This document shows, one piece after another, positions 9,289 to 19,732 of a stretch of 64,000 bases of DNA; position 1 is the stretch's first letter; every line of letters starts with the position of its first letter. The translations under genes and the position numbers were made by a program. The stretch is from assembly GCA_944392255.1 (NCBI GenBank), contig CALXVY010000005.1, forward strand, positions 5,961 through 69,960, read 5' to 3'. The stretch comes from an uncultured Alphaproteobacteria bacterium (GTDB taxonomy: Bacteria > Pseudomonadota > Alphaproteobacteria > RF32 > CAG-239). The notes under the pieces are model-generated. The model saw only the letters and a program-made list of their open reading frames with translations, was not told the origin of the DNA and did not search any database.

Positions 9289-10134
9289 ATGGAACAAAGA
9301 ACAATCAAAATCGGAAAATTTGAGATTGCCAATAACTTGCCTTTAGCCATTATTGCCGGACCATGCCAAATTGAAAGCCATGATCATGCAATGATGATTG
9401 CCGAAGAAATGGTCAAAATTACGAGAGAGTTGGGGATTAATTATATTTTCAAAGCTTCTTTTGACAAAGCTAACCGTACTTCAATCAATGGTGCCAGAGG
9501 GGTTGGTATTGAAGAAGGAATGAGAACTTTTGATGATATAAAGAAAAAATATCCCGATTTGCCGATTGTTACCGATATTCACGAAAAAGAACAATGTGAC
9601 ATCGTAGCCAAACATGTTGATATGTTGCAAATTCCGGCATTTTTATGCCGCCAGACCGATTTGGTTGTGGCTGCCGCTAAAACCCAAAAAGTGGTTAATA
9701 TTAAAAAAGGTCAGTTTTTGGCTCCTTGGGATATGAAAAATATCGTCAAAAAATGCGATGATTCAGGCAACCATAATGTTTGCTTAACCGAGCGTGGAGC
9801 ATCTTTTGGCTACAATACATTAGTCACTGATATGAGAGGTTTTCCGCAAATGGCAAAAGATACCGGCTGTCCGGTGATTATGGATGCCTCCCATGCTGTA
9901 CAACAACCGGGAGGCTTGGGCGGAAGCACCGGTGGACAAAGAGAGTTTGCTCCTGTTTTGGCAAGAGCTGCCGTTGCCGTTGGTATTGCTGCCGTATTTA
10001 TGGAAACTCATGATAATCCGGATAAGGCTTTATCTGATGGTCCCAATACCATTGCTTTGAAGGATATGAAGAGAGTGATTTCTGAGCTCATGGCTTATGA
10101 CAAAATCACCAAAGAAATGGTAAAGCCTTATTAA
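9289..10134 (+). CDS. kdsA: 3-deoxy-8-phosphooctulonate synthase
   Basis: 281 aa with IAGPCQIES, FKASFDKANRTS, NIKKGQF and DASHAVQQPGG. Confidence 0.92.
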   Translation: MEQRTIKIGKFEIANNLPLAIIAGPCQIESHDHAMMIAEEMVKITRELGINYIFKASFDKANRTSINGARGVGIEEGMRTFDDIKKKYPDLPIVTDIHEKEQCDIVAKHVDMLQIPAFLCRQTDLVVAAAKTQKVVNIKKGQFLAPWDMKNIVKKCDDSGNHNVCLTERGASFGYNTLVTDMRGFPQMAKDTGCPVIMDASHAVQQPGGLGGSTGGQREFAPVLARAAVAVGIAAVFMETHDNPDKALSDGPNTIALKDMKRVISELMAYDKITKEMVKPY

Positions 10135-10138
10135 AAAG

Positions 10139-10855
10139 ATGAAATTTAACGACGAGGGCTATATCATCAATGTCAAAAAGCACGGCGAAAGTTCGGCAAT
10201 TTTAAGTGTTATCAGTAAAGAGCACGGTAAGGTTGTCGGCTATGTCAAAAATGCTTTAAGCAAAAAAAATTTGGGCGTATATCAGCTGGGCAATAAAGTT
10301 AGTTTTGAAGCTTATGCCCGTGTTGATGAAAATATGCTGAGCTTGAAGGTGGAGTTGATAAGCCCTGATGCCGTTAATTTCATTTCCGAAATGCCAAAGT
10401 TAGAAACCTTGGCCGCATTGTGTGGTTTGTGCAATGTCTGCATGCCTGAACAATTGGCTTTAGATAGGTTATATTATTATATTGAAAGCTTTTTCGGGTT
10501 GATTAATCAAAAAAATTGGCTGGCAAATTATGCTTTTTTTGAGTTTTATTTGCTTGATTTTTTGGGAATAGCATTGGATTTAAGTGAATGTTCTGCAACC
10601 GGAATAACTGAAAATTTGAAATATGTTTCGCCTAAAACCGGTAAAGCAGTTTGCGCTGAAGCAGGCGAGCCGTACAAGGACAGATTATTTAGTTTTCCAC
10701 AGTTTATTGTGGAACAAAATTATGAGCCAACCCCGCAAGAAATAAGGGATTTGCTCAAAATGACGGAGTTTTTCTTGCAAAAGAACTTTTTTCAAACTCA
10801 CGGCTTGAAATTGCCGCCAAATCGTGCTAATTTGCTTGAAAATTTAGAGTTATAA
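10139..10855 (+). CDS. recO: DNA repair protein RecO
   Basis: 238 aa with an N-terminal OB-fold pattern ([31 protein letters not shown]) and a Cys-containing middle region. The length is typical. Confidence 0.65.
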   Translation: MKFNDEGYIINVKKHGESSAILSVISKEHGKVVGYVKNALSKKNLGVYQLGNKVSFEAYARVDENMLSLKVELISPDAVNFISEMPKLETLAALCGLCNVCMPEQLALDRLYYYIESFFGLINQKNWLANYAFFEFYLLDFLGIALDLSECSATGITENLKYVSPKTGKAVCAEAGEPYKDRLFSFPQFIVEQNYEPTPQEIRDLLKMTEFFLQKNFFQTHGLKLPPNRANLLENLEL

Positions 10856-10866
10856 CGGAAAAAATT

Positions 10867-13098
10867 ATGGAAGCAGTTGAAGAAAAAATCAAAGACGTTC
10901 ACTTGGCGGAAGAGTTAAGTAGCCGCTATTTGTCTTATGCCATGTCCACCATTGTCGACCGCGCTTTGCCGGATGTAAGAGATGGATTGAAGCCGGTGCA
11001 CAGACGTTTGCTTTATGCCATGCGGCAGTTGCACTTGGATCCAAAATCCGGTTTTAAGAAATGTGCACGTGTGGTTGGTGATGTTATCGGTAAATATCAC
11101 CCACATGGTGATACGGCAGTTTATGGCGCTATGGTTCGTTTGGCACAAGACTTTTCAGTCAGATATCCTCTGGTAGACGGACAAGGAAACTTCGGTAATA
11201 TTGATGGTGATGGTGCCGCCGCCATGCGTTATACCGAAGCAAGATTGACCGAGTTTGCCATTGCAATGATGGAAGGCTTGAATGAAGATGCCGTCGATTT
11301 CCGTGATACCTATGATGGTGAGGAGAGTGAGCCAGTGATTATGCCTTCCATGGTTCCAAACTTGCTTTGTAATGGTTCAGTTGGTATTGCCGTTGGTATG
11401 GCTACCAACATTCCGCCGCACAATTTAAGCGAAGTCTGCGATGCTTTGCTTTATCTGATTGAAAATCCTGATTGTGGTATGGAACCTTTGGTCAAAAGAA
11501 TCAAAGGACCTGATTTTCCGACCGGTGGTGTGATTATTGATAAATTTTCAACCATTTTAGATGCTTATACCCAAGGAAAGGGAACTTTCCGCATTCGTGC
11601 CAAATGGGAGAAAGAAGACTTAGGACACGGGCAATATCAAATCGTGGTAACCGAAATTCCTTATCAAGTTATTAAATCTAAGTTGATTGAAAAAATTGCC
11701 GCCTTGCTGATGGAAAAGAAACTTCCGATGTTAAACGATGTCAGAGATGAATCATCTCATGATGTCCGTATTGTCTTGGAACCTAAAAATAGAAGCGTTG
11801 ATGCGGCCTTGTTGATGGAGCATCTCTTCAAGCAAACCGACTTGGAAGTTCGCTTTACCATGAATATGAACGTGCTCGATTCCGATACCGTTCCGAGAGT
11901 GATGAGCATTAAAGAAGTTTTGTCTGAATTTCTAAACCATAGACACAATGTCTTAAAGCGTCGCGTCAACTTTAGATTAAACAAAATTCTGGCACGAATG
12001 GAGCTTTTGAGTGGTTATTTGATTGCTTATCTCAACTTGGATGAAGTGATTAGAATTATCCGAGAAGAGGATGAACCCAAAGCCGAATTGATGAAAAAAT
12101 TTGAGCTGACAGATAATCAAGCTGAAGCCATTTTGAATATGAAATTGCGTTCTTTGCGCAAGTTGGAAGAAATGGAAATCAGAAAAGAATATGATGATTT
12201 GTCGGCAGAAAAAGGCGAGTTGGAAGCATTGCTCAGTGATGAACATAAACGTTGGGAGGCTATTGCCAACGAGATTAAGCTGACAAAAGAAAAATTCGGT
12301 AAGAAAACAGCTTTAGGCAAACGTCGTACTGAATTCGCCGAAGTTTCCGAAGAAATTGATGTCCCGGTTGAAGCCTTTATTGAAAAAGAGCCAATTACCG
12401 TGATTTTGTCACAAAAAGGCTGGATTAGAGCATTAAAAGGTTATAGTAATTTAACTGAAGACTTCAAATTTAAAGATGATGATGCTTTGTTGACGGCAAT
12501 TCATGCTCAAACAACCGATAAAATTATTTTATTTGATACATCAGGTAAGTTCTTTACCATTCCGGCCAATGAAATTCCGTGTGGACGTGGATTTGGTCAG
12601 CCATTAAGATTGATGATAGATTTAGGTATCAATGACAATATTACCGAAATGTTTGTCTTTGATTCTAAAGCAAAATACTTGATTGCTTCCAATACGGGAC
12701 GTGGTTTTGTCGTCGATGAAAATCACATTTTGGCACAAACCCGAAATGGCCGAAAGATTATGAATTTGGAAGAAGGCGAATATACCAAGTTCTGTAAGAG
12801 AATGGATGGCGATATGGTTGCCGTGATTGGCGATAACCGCAAGCTTTTAGTCTTTAAGGCAGAAGAAGTGCCGAGCATGGCAAGAGGTCGAGGTGTATCT
12901 TTGCAAAAATATAAAGATGGCGGCTTGAGCGATATTCAAATCTTTAACGAGAGTGAAGGCTTTACCTATAATCGTGCTGGAGGAACCAAGACCGAAACCG
13001 AGTTGCTGACTTGGTTAGGACACCGCGCACAAGTGGGTAAATTAGCCCCATTCGGTTTCCCGAAAAATAACAAATTTTTGAAAGAAAACAAGGAATAA
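10867..13098 (+). CDS. parC: DNA topoisomerase IV subunit A
   Basis: Motifs [17 protein letters not shown] and [10 protein letters not shown] (active-site Tyr). The 743-aa length fits ParC rather than GyrA. Confidence 0.85.
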   Translation: MEAVEEKIKDVHLAEELSSRYLSYAMSTIVDRALPDVRDGLKPVHRRLLYAMRQLHLDPKSGFKKCARVVGDVIGKYHPHGDTAVYGAMVRLAQDFSVRYPLVDGQGNFGNIDGDGAAAMRYTEARLTEFAIAMMEGLNEDAVDFRDTYDGEESEPVIMPSMVPNLLCNGSVGIAVGMATNIPPHNLSEVCDALLYLIENPDCGMEPLVKRIKGPDFPTGGVIIDKFSTILDAYTQGKGTFRIRAKWEKEDLGHGQYQIVVTEIPYQVIKSKLIEKIAALLMEKKLPMLNDVRDESSHDVRIVLEPKNRSVDAALLMEHLFKQTDLEVRFTMNMNVLDSDTVPRVMSIKEVLSEFLNHRHNVLKRRVNFRLNKILARMELLSGYLIAYLNLDEVIRIIREEDEPKAELMKKFELTDNQAEAILNMKLRSLRKLEEMEIRKEYDDLSAEKGELEALLSDEHKRWEAIANEIKLTKEKFGKKTALGKRRTEFAEVSEEIDVPVEAFIEKEPITVILSQKGWIRALKGYSNLTEDFKFKDDDALLTAIHAQTTDKIILFDTSGKFFTIPANEIPCGRGFGQPLRLMIDLGINDNITEMFVFDSKAKYLIASNTGRGFVVDENHILAQTRNGRKIMNLEEGEYTKFCKRMDGDMVAVIGDNRKLLVFKAEEVPSMARGRGVSLQKYKDGGLSDIQIFNESEGFTYNRAGGTKTETELLTWLGHRAQVGKLAPFGFPKNNKFLKENKE

Positions 13099-13132
13099 GC
13101 AAGGCAGGCTTAAAGCCTGCTTTTGCTTTTTT
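13098..13132 (+). terminator. Rho-independent terminator of parC
   Basis: Stem AAGCAAGGCAGGCTT / AAGCCTGC..TTGCTT followed by a T-run. Confidence 0.75.
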
Positions 13133-13139
13133 ATAAAAA

Positions 13140-13319
13140 ATGTCAGAGATACTATTTGAATATGTCCGCCAAGGACAATATATAAAAGTAAGTGCAATTG
13201 AACCGGAAACACAAACTGAGGTTTGCGTTGTGGTGCCGGTTGGTTTGAGTGAACAACAAATGCAAATTCAGGCATTGAAAAAACTGCAATATGTTTTAAA
13301 GAAAAAAGAGGAAGAATAA
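13140..13319 (+). CDS. Small conserved protein (59 aa), DUF6898-like; missing from the ORF track because it is under 60 aa
   Basis: ATG at 13140 and TAA at 13317-13319, ending 1 nt before the fhs ATG. The product MSEILFEYVRQGQYIKVSAIEPETQTEVCVVVPVGLSEQQMQIQALKKLQYVLKKKEEE fits the pattern I recall for a small alphaproteobacterial family. No clear Shine-Dalgarno sequence. Confidence 0.55.
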   Translation: MSEILFEYVRQGQYIKVSAIEPETQTEVCVVVPVGLSEQQMQIQALKKLQYVLKKKEEE

Positions 13320-13320
13320 T

Positions 13321-14994
13321 ATGTTAAGTGATATTGAAATTTCTCAGCAAACAGAATTAGAACCAATTGAAAAAATTGCAGAATTAATAGGCTTAACCGC
13401 AGATGATATTGAGCTTTATGGAAAATATAAAGCAAAAATTAGTTATAAAAAACTACAAGAAATAAAAAATTCTCCTCTAAATGATGGAAAATTGATTTTG
13501 GTGACGGCCATCACTCCAACAGCGGCAGGAGAGGGAAAATCAACTGTTTCCATAGGATTGGGAGATGCTCTTCACCTGTTAAATAAAAATGTAATTATAG
13601 CTTTAAGAGAACCTTCATTAGGACCATGTTTTGGAGCCAAAGGCGGAGCTACGGGTGGGGGATATTCTCAAATTGCCCCGATGGAAGATATTAATTTACA
13701 TTTTACCGGTGACATCCATGCCGTGACCACAGCTGCCAATTTGTTGGCAACCATAATTGATAATCACATTTATCAAGGAAATAAGCTTGAAATTGATGAA
13801 AAAACAATTGTCTGGAAAAGATGCGTTGATTTAAATGATAGAACCTTAAGAGACATAACAATTGCACAAGGAGCAAAAATCAACGGCGTAGAAAGAAAAG
13901 CTAAATTTTGTATCAGTGTTGCCAGTGAGATAATGGCCGTTTTGTGCTTGGCCGAAGATATAAGAGATTTAAAAGAGCGTTTAGCAAGAATTGTGATTGC
14001 TAAAAACACAAAAGGAGAATATGTTACAGCAGCAGATTTAAATGCAGTTGGAGCATTGGCCGCGGTTTTAAAAGATGCTATTAAGCCAAATTTAGTTCAA
14101 ACTTTGGAACATACACCGGCGTTTGTGCATGGAGGACCATTTGCAAATATTGCCCATGGATGCAATAGTTTAATTGCCACCAAAACAGCGATGAAATTGG
14201 CAGATTATGTTGTGACCGAAGCTGGATTCGGTGCAGATTTAGGTGCTGAAAAATTTATGGATATTAAGTGTCGTCAAGGGCATATTGCACCTTCTGCAGT
14301 TGTTATAGTCGCAACCATTCGAGCCTTGAAAATGCATGGTGGCGTTGAAAAAGATAATCTCAATCAAGAAAATCTGGTTGCGTTAAGTGATGGATTCGAC
14401 AATTTGCGAACACATATTGAAAATATGCAAAAATTTGGTATTCCGGTTGTAGTGGCTATCAATAAATTTTTGAGCGATACAGAAGAAGAATTATCTTTAT
14501 TGCAATATAAAATCAAAGAAATAGGGGTTGAAGCAGTTGTTTGTGAAGGTTGGGAAAAAGGAGGAAAGGGCGTAGAAAATTTGGCCCAAGAAGTGCTGAA
14601 AATGTGCGATATGCCTAATGAATTTCATTATCTCTACCAAACGGAAGAACCTCTGGAAGATAAAATCAGCCAAGTAGCTAAAGAAATTTATCGTGCCAAA
14701 TATGCTGATTTTTCAGATATAGCAATGGAAAAACTCAGAGCTTATTCAGAACAAGGTTATGGAGATTTATGCGTTTGCATTGCCAAAACACAAAATTCCA
14801 TTTCCCATGATAAAGCTTTGCGCAATGCACCAAAAGATTATGCTTTACCGATACGAGATGTTTCATTGTCGGCCGGAGCCGGATTTGTGGTTGCTTATGC
14901 CGGAAATATCTTGGATATGCCAGGGTTACCTGAACATCCAGCAGCCGAGAACATAGATGTTGATGATGAAGGGAAAATCACCGGATTATTTTAA
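13321..14994 (+). CDS. fhs: Formate--tetrahydrofolate ligase
   Basis: 557 aa with ITPTAAGEGKSTVSIGL and a full-length FTHFS-like sequence. Confidence 0.95.
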   Translation: MLSDIEISQQTELEPIEKIAELIGLTADDIELYGKYKAKISYKKLQEIKNSPLNDGKLILVTAITPTAAGEGKSTVSIGLGDALHLLNKNVIIALREPSLGPCFGAKGGATGGGYSQIAPMEDINLHFTGDIHAVTTAANLLATIIDNHIYQGNKLEIDEKTIVWKRCVDLNDRTLRDITIAQGAKINGVERKAKFCISVASEIMAVLCLAEDIRDLKERLARIVIAKNTKGEYVTAADLNAVGALAAVLKDAIKPNLVQTLEHTPAFVHGGPFANIAHGCNSLIATKTAMKLADYVVTEAGFGADLGAEKFMDIKCRQGHIAPSAVVIVATIRALKMHGGVEKDNLNQENLVALSDGFDNLRTHIENMQKFGIPVVVAINKFLSDTEEELSLLQYKIKEIGVEAVVCEGWEKGGKGVENLAQEVLKMCDMPNEFHYLYQTEEPLEDKISQVAKEIYRAKYADFSDIAMEKLRAYSEQGYGDLCVCIAKTQNSISHDKALRNAPKDYALPIRDVSLSAGAGFVVAYAGNILDMPGLPEHPAAENIDVDDEGKITGLF

Positions 14995-15145
14995 GCCTAC
15001 AATAACGTTGTGGATAACTTTTAATCTGCCACTTTAATATTTAAAAATCAAAAAAAATAATATAAACTCATTTTGATAAATGCGGTTATGGGGATAACTG
15101 CATTTGAAAAAAGGGAAAATCAAAGAAAAACTAGGGAATATATTT

Positions 15146-18100
15146 ATGTCAAATCAACAAGTTGATGCAAATAATCAGCCAAAGAAAAATATGGCTCTTC
15201 CAAAATTTATGTCAGAAAATACCATTACAGATTATGGCGAAGAAACACAGGCCGCCACATGGTTAGCCAATAATTTGACGCGCTTAATGATTGGTATTTC
15301 GGTTGTGTGGTTTATCATCGTTTTGATATATATTACCCAGTTTTTCGGCTGGTCAAATTTGTTTTTGATGATGCCGGACGAATTTGGCGGATTTTTAGCC
15401 GGAGTAACCTTACCTTTGGCTATTATCTGGGTTGTGATGGCTTATATAGACCGAGGAACAAGCTTTAAAAATGAAGCAAAGTTTTTGCGCGCCTATATGA
15501 ATCAGTTGGTATATCCGGAAGAAGGCGGTGCTCAAACTGCCAAAGCCATGGCTGATGCCATTCGTTCCCAAGTTGGAGAATTGCAAGAAGTTACAAAACA
15601 CGCTATGCAACAAACCGAAATCATTAAAAAAGAATTAAGTGAAAGAGTTAATGATTTTTCCAAACTTGTAAGTACATTAGATAATTATTCTTCTCATACC
15701 ATTGTAGAGTTAACACAAGGTGTTAAAACTTTGGTTGAAAATTTTGATTATGTCACGGCCAGAGCCCAAGCATCATCAGAAACATTTAAGGGTTACGTAG
15801 GTGATTTTTCCGCTTCGGCACATATTATGGAAGAAAACTGCCAAAATTTATTTGAGAAAATAACCCCAAATGTTCAAGAGTTAAAACAATCATCACAACT
15901 TTTCCAAAGTTTAATGGATGGCAACGCCGTAAAAATAAGCAAAGCAAATCAAATGTTGGCAGATTTTGGCGATTTAACGGTAAAAAGTGTAGAAAATGTG
16001 GCACATATATTGGATGTACAAACAGCAAAATTGCAGGAAACAGCGCAAGGAGCCGTAGATGTTTGCGATTCAATCAGCCAAAAGATAGATGGAAGTGTCA
16101 ATAAAATAGAAAATGTTTTGAATAACCAAACCACCACAGTGGAAAGTTATTTAGAAAAGATAGATGATGTTGCCGGAAGTTTAAGCGAAAGTTTTGGAAA
16201 TCATAGTAGGGCTTTATCATCAGAAGTAGAAAAGGTTGTATCAAGAGCCAATTTAATAGAAGAAACTGTTTCTATACAAGTTAAACAATTGCAAGGTGTT
16301 TCAGAAAAGATATCAGGAGAGATTAAAACACTTGAAAGCAAAATGTATAATAGTATCAACAATGTAGAAAATAATGCCGGACAAATAATAAAAGAATTAA
16401 CAGATATAATATCTAAAGGAGAAGATAGCAGTGCGCGCATAGCAAGTTTATCAGAACAACATATAACTAATGCAGGAGCAGTAGCAAATGATGTTAATAT
16501 GCATTATGAAAACTTACAAAAGATAAGTGATGGTATTATATTAAACTTCAAATTATTGATGCAAGAATTAAAAACAAATATCAATGCGTTGCAAGAACAA
16601 ACAGATTCAGCAAAAGTTAAATTAAATAATGTAACAGATGTCGTAAAGAAGAATATAGATAATTTGAATGAGGCTTCAAATTTAGTTGTTGCACAAAGTA
16701 AGGTCGGAGAAAATGCGATAGCACAACAACAAGTTAATATAGAAGAAATGGTTAAGAAAGTAGATGCGATTAAATCAGAATTAAAATACCAAATAGATGA
16801 ACTGATGAGGGCATCATCATTCTTAGGACATGAAGCAGGAAATACTGTAGATACATTAAAGAAACAATTATCAGATACTTTAGATGTATGCAATAATATA
16901 GTTTCAAAAACACAATTAGTTAACACAAGTTTGAATGAACAGACTAATCAGTTTAATGAAAAGGCAGATTTAGCATTAGGTAAAGTTGCAAGGGTTGAAA
17001 GTATTTTAACAAACCAATCGCAAGAGATGGAAAAGTTAGTAAAGTCTATTGCAGAACGTTCAGTAAACATAGCAGAAAATATGGAAAAAAATGCTGCGAA
17101 TATAAATATAGCAACGGCAAATTCAGAAACCACAATTCAAAGATTGAGCAATTCATTTGCTGCGCAGAATGAAAATATTAGCAAAATTGCGGAATCAACA
17201 GTAAAATATGTAGCCGACATTGTTCAAGCTATGGATGAAAAAGCCGAAAATATCACTTTATTGTTCAAACAACAAGAAAACGAATTTTTCAATATATATG
17301 ATCAATTGACGGAAAACACCGACAATATGGCCAATACATTAAAAAAACAAGTTTCTATTATAGAACAAAGTGCTGATAAAGTTTTCTCAAGAATGACTTT
17401 ATTGGAAGAAGATGTGAATAAACGTGTCGATGCCGTAGTTGCTAATACGGTGAAATCTATTGATAAGTTATCAGAGGTTAACCAATCCATAACGGTTCAA
17501 AATAATGATGTAAGTAAGTTTATTCAAGAGATAACAGATAAGTTAGCACTAATATCGGGAACATTTAGAGAGAATTTCCAAATATTTAACAATACGGTAA
17601 AAGATTTAACTCTAAGTTCAGATGAATTTACATCATCTATTATCGGAAATTGTGATAAAATAAATCAAGCAAATCAAAATATGTTGCAAGAAAGCAAAAA
17701 TACAATATCAGTATTGGATAGCCATGCTGAAAACATAGATTCAATTTTATCAAAAACAATAACTCAATCAGACTTGTTAAAAGAGAGTTTTGAACGTCAA
17801 GGAGAAGCTTTAGCCGATATTGCCAATACGGTAGCTGCGCAAACCAGATTAGGAGAAGCATCTTTGGCTCAACAATATAAATATCTGTCAGATGCCTCCA
17901 CGGAAGTAGCAGAAAGAATAAATGATATCAATAAGAATATGAAAGACGGAACAGATAACATATTAGAAAATTCAGCAAAAATTGCTTATGAATTCAATGC
18001 ATTGGGAGATAGATTACTAAAAGTAAATGAAGATATTAACAAGTCTTCAAAAGAATCAATTAAAAATGTCGAGCAGATGAATTTGTCATTAAGCCAATTG

Positions 18101-19150
18101 GTTGATGATTTTGGAGTAAATGTAAATAAATCCAGTGCCAAAATAGCAACAGCAATGAATGAATATGAAAAATATATTGCCAATTTCAACACAGTAACAG
18201 CTGAAGCAAGTAGTGGCGTGTTTGAGATAAACAATTTGATTTCGGCACAAAGTGATAAAATGATAAAGATATCAGAAGATACAAAGCAATTGGTAGAATG
18301 CTTTAATACCGTTTTGAATGATACATCATTGCAGTTATCAAATCGTGCCAACATGGCATATGATAAAGTTAAAGGTTTGGGTGAAGATTTAAAAACTTTG
18401 AGTTTGCAAATGGATGAAGCTTCAAAATTGACAACCGCTAATTTTGAAAATACCGGCAATAAACTCAGAGCAACAATCACAGAAATTGCCAGCAATGCCG
18501 AACGAATTTCTAATGAAATTCGTTCTTCAGGAGAAGTATTCCTCAAACAATCAGGAGTTTTGGTTGCTGCCGGAGATGATACTTTGAAAAAGGTAACGGA
18601 TGTTATGAATGTATTAAATAACAGTAGTTCAGATTTTTCATCTCAAGGTGATGAGTTAATCAAGAAATCAATAGCATTCAATGATGTTATAGGAAAACAG
18701 TTGAAGGTTTTGACCGAAACGTCTCAAAAGGCAGAAAAAAGTATTTCAGATATAGAAAAACGTTATGAAAATGCTCAAATAGATACATTCTTAAAAGATG
18801 CTGCTTATATCATTGAAAGATTAGAAACATCTTCTGTTGATATTAATCGCATTTTCAATCCGAATGCAGAAGAAGAAATTTGGAAGAAATATTACAACGG
18901 AGATACATCAGCATTCGTACGCTATTTAGCTAAAAATATGACAAAGCAACAGATATTGGATGTCCGTAAATTATATGAGAAGAATATGGATTTCCGTAAT
19001 ATGGTTACGAAATATTTGAGCGATTTTGAAACTTTAATCGCTAGGGCTCGTATGAATGAACATGCCGGCGTTTTGCTATCGGTCATTTCAGGAGCTGATA
19101 TGGGTAAAGTATATTATATATTGGCAAAAGCTTTAGATAAATTAAACTAG
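15146..19150 (+). CDS. Giant membrane-anchored coiled-coil protein (~1334 aa; TipN/GPR-like architecture)
   Basis: ATG at 15146 has AGGGA 8 nt upstream; the ORF-track start at 15104 is TTG. The product has two N-terminal TM helices (LMIGISVVWFIIVLIYITQFF, FGGFLAGVTLPLAIIWVVMAYI). About 1100 aa of helical N/Q/E/K/S-rich sequence follows, then a more globular C-terminal ~150 aa. Confidence 0.75.
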   Translation: MSNQQVDANNQPKKNMALPKFMSENTITDYGEETQAATWLANNLTRLMIGISVVWFIIVLIYITQFFGWSNLFLMMPDEFGGFLAGVTLPLAIIWVVMAYIDRGTSFKNEAKFLRAYMNQLVYPEEGGAQTAKAMADAIRSQVGELQEVTKHAMQQTEIIKKELSERVNDFSKLVSTLDNYSSHTIVELTQGVKTLVENFDYVTARAQASSETFKGYVGDFSASAHIMEENCQNLFEKITPNVQELKQSSQLFQSLMDGNAVKISKANQMLADFGDLTVKSVENVAHILDVQTAKLQETAQGAVDVCDSISQKIDGSVNKIENVLNNQTTTVESYLEKIDDVAGSLSESFGNHSRALSSEVEKVVSRANLIEETVSIQVKQLQGVSEKISGEIKTLESKMYNSINNVENNAGQIIKELTDIISKGEDSSARIASLSEQHITNAGAVANDVNMHYENLQKISDGIILNFKLLMQELKTNINALQEQTDSAKVKLNNVTDVVKKNIDNLNEASNLVVAQSKVGENAIAQQQVNIEEMVKKVDAIKSELKYQIDELMRASSFLGHEAGNTVDTLKKQLSDTLDVCNNIVSKTQLVNTSLNEQTNQFNEKADLALGKVARVESILTNQSQEMEKLVKSIAERSVNIAENMEKNAANINIATANSETTIQRLSNSFAAQNENISKIAESTVKYVADIVQAMDEKAENITLLFKQQENEFFNIYDQLTENTDNMANTLKKQVSIIEQSADKVFSRMTLLEEDVNKRVDAVVANTVKSIDKLSEVNQSITVQNNDVSKFIQEITDKLALISGTFRENFQIFNNTVKDLTLSSDEFTSSIIGNCDKINQANQNMLQESKNTISVLDSHAENIDSILSKTITQSDLLKESFERQGEALADIANTVAAQTRLGEASLAQQYKYLSDASTEVAERINDINKNMKDGTDNILENSAKIAYEFNALGDRLLKVNEDINKSSKESIKNVEQMNLSLSQLVDDFGVNVNKSSAKIATAMNEYEKYIANFNTVTAEASSGVFEINNLISAQSDKMIKISEDTKQLVECFNTVLNDTSLQLSNRANMAYDKVKGLGEDLKTLSLQMDEASKLTTANFENTGNKLRATITEIASNAERISNEIRSSGEVFLKQSGVLVAAGDDTLKKVTDVMNVLNNSSSDFSSQGDELIKKSIAFNDVIGKQLKVLTETSQKAEKSISDIEKRYENAQIDTFLKDAAYIIERLETSSVDINRIFNPNAEEEIWKKYYNGDTSAFVRYLAKNMTKQQILDVRKLYEKNMDFRNMVTKYLSDFETLIARARMNEHAGVLLSVISGADMGKVYYILAKALDKLN

Positions 19151-19162
19151 TAGGACATAGGT

Positions 19163-19732
19163 ATGGTTGTTTTTGCTCCAACAGATAAGCTCAGTAGTTT
19201 ATATACCGATTTAACATCGCAGATAAAGCATTCTGTAGATACCATAAAAAATAAATCGGAATTTGAATCTGAGACGAAAGAAAGCAAAATATCCGAAAAT
19301 AAGAGTTACGCAATCGGAAATTATGCTTTCACTTATCTTGAGCCGGCAACAAGCTATAATATACATATAGTATCAGCGCAAATTTCAGATGCGGATAATG
19401 TAAAAAAAGAGCGAACACCTGAACAACAAATAGAAGAAAAGACAAAGAATTCATCTCCTGATACTGAAGTAGAAGTTGAAGGAATATCTTTTTATGAAGA
19501 ATTGCAGAATCATGTTTATATTGATGCAAAGCAAGTTAGTTTGTTATATCAAAAAAATAATCACGGCGGATATTCTGATATGCCGCTTTTTTTAGAAGGA
19601 AACAGATTCACAACACACAATCAAGCTTATGCAACACAAGCATATAATTTTACATTCAATATAAATAAAGAACCTGAACCACATATTGAATATATGTACA
19701 AATATGACAAATCAGTAGATTATAGGGTATAA
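19163..19732 (+). CDS. Hypothetical protein (189 aa), translationally coupled to dusB
   Basis: It starts 12 nt after the giant ORF. Its stop overlaps the dusB start (TAATG at 19730-19734). No family recognised. Confidence 0.5.
   Translation: MVVFAPTDKLSSLYTDLTSQIKHSVDTIKNKSEFESETKESKISENKSYAIGNYAFTYLEPATSYNIHIVSAQISDADNVKKERTPEQQIEEKTKNSSPDTEVEVEGISFYEELQNHVYIDAKQVSLLYQKNNHGGYSDMPLFLEGNRFTTHNQAYATQAYNFTFNINKEPEPHIEYMYKYDKSVDYRV

Noticed and set aside
13042-13275. 77-aa minus-strand ORF in the parC-fhs interval
   Set aside because: It overlaps the parC 3' end and runs through the parC terminator hairpin. It is antisense to a better-supported 59-aa plus-strand ORF with a family-like sequence.
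15410-18546. Multiple 60-190-aa minus-strand ORFs inside the giant gene, with similar antisense ORFs inside ppiD (3306-4524) and the 792-aa gene (43597-45364)
   Set aside because: These are shadow ORFs typical of AT-rich, low-complexity coding regions. Their products are low-complexity and lack start contexts. The sense-strand ORFs are uninterrupted for kilobases.
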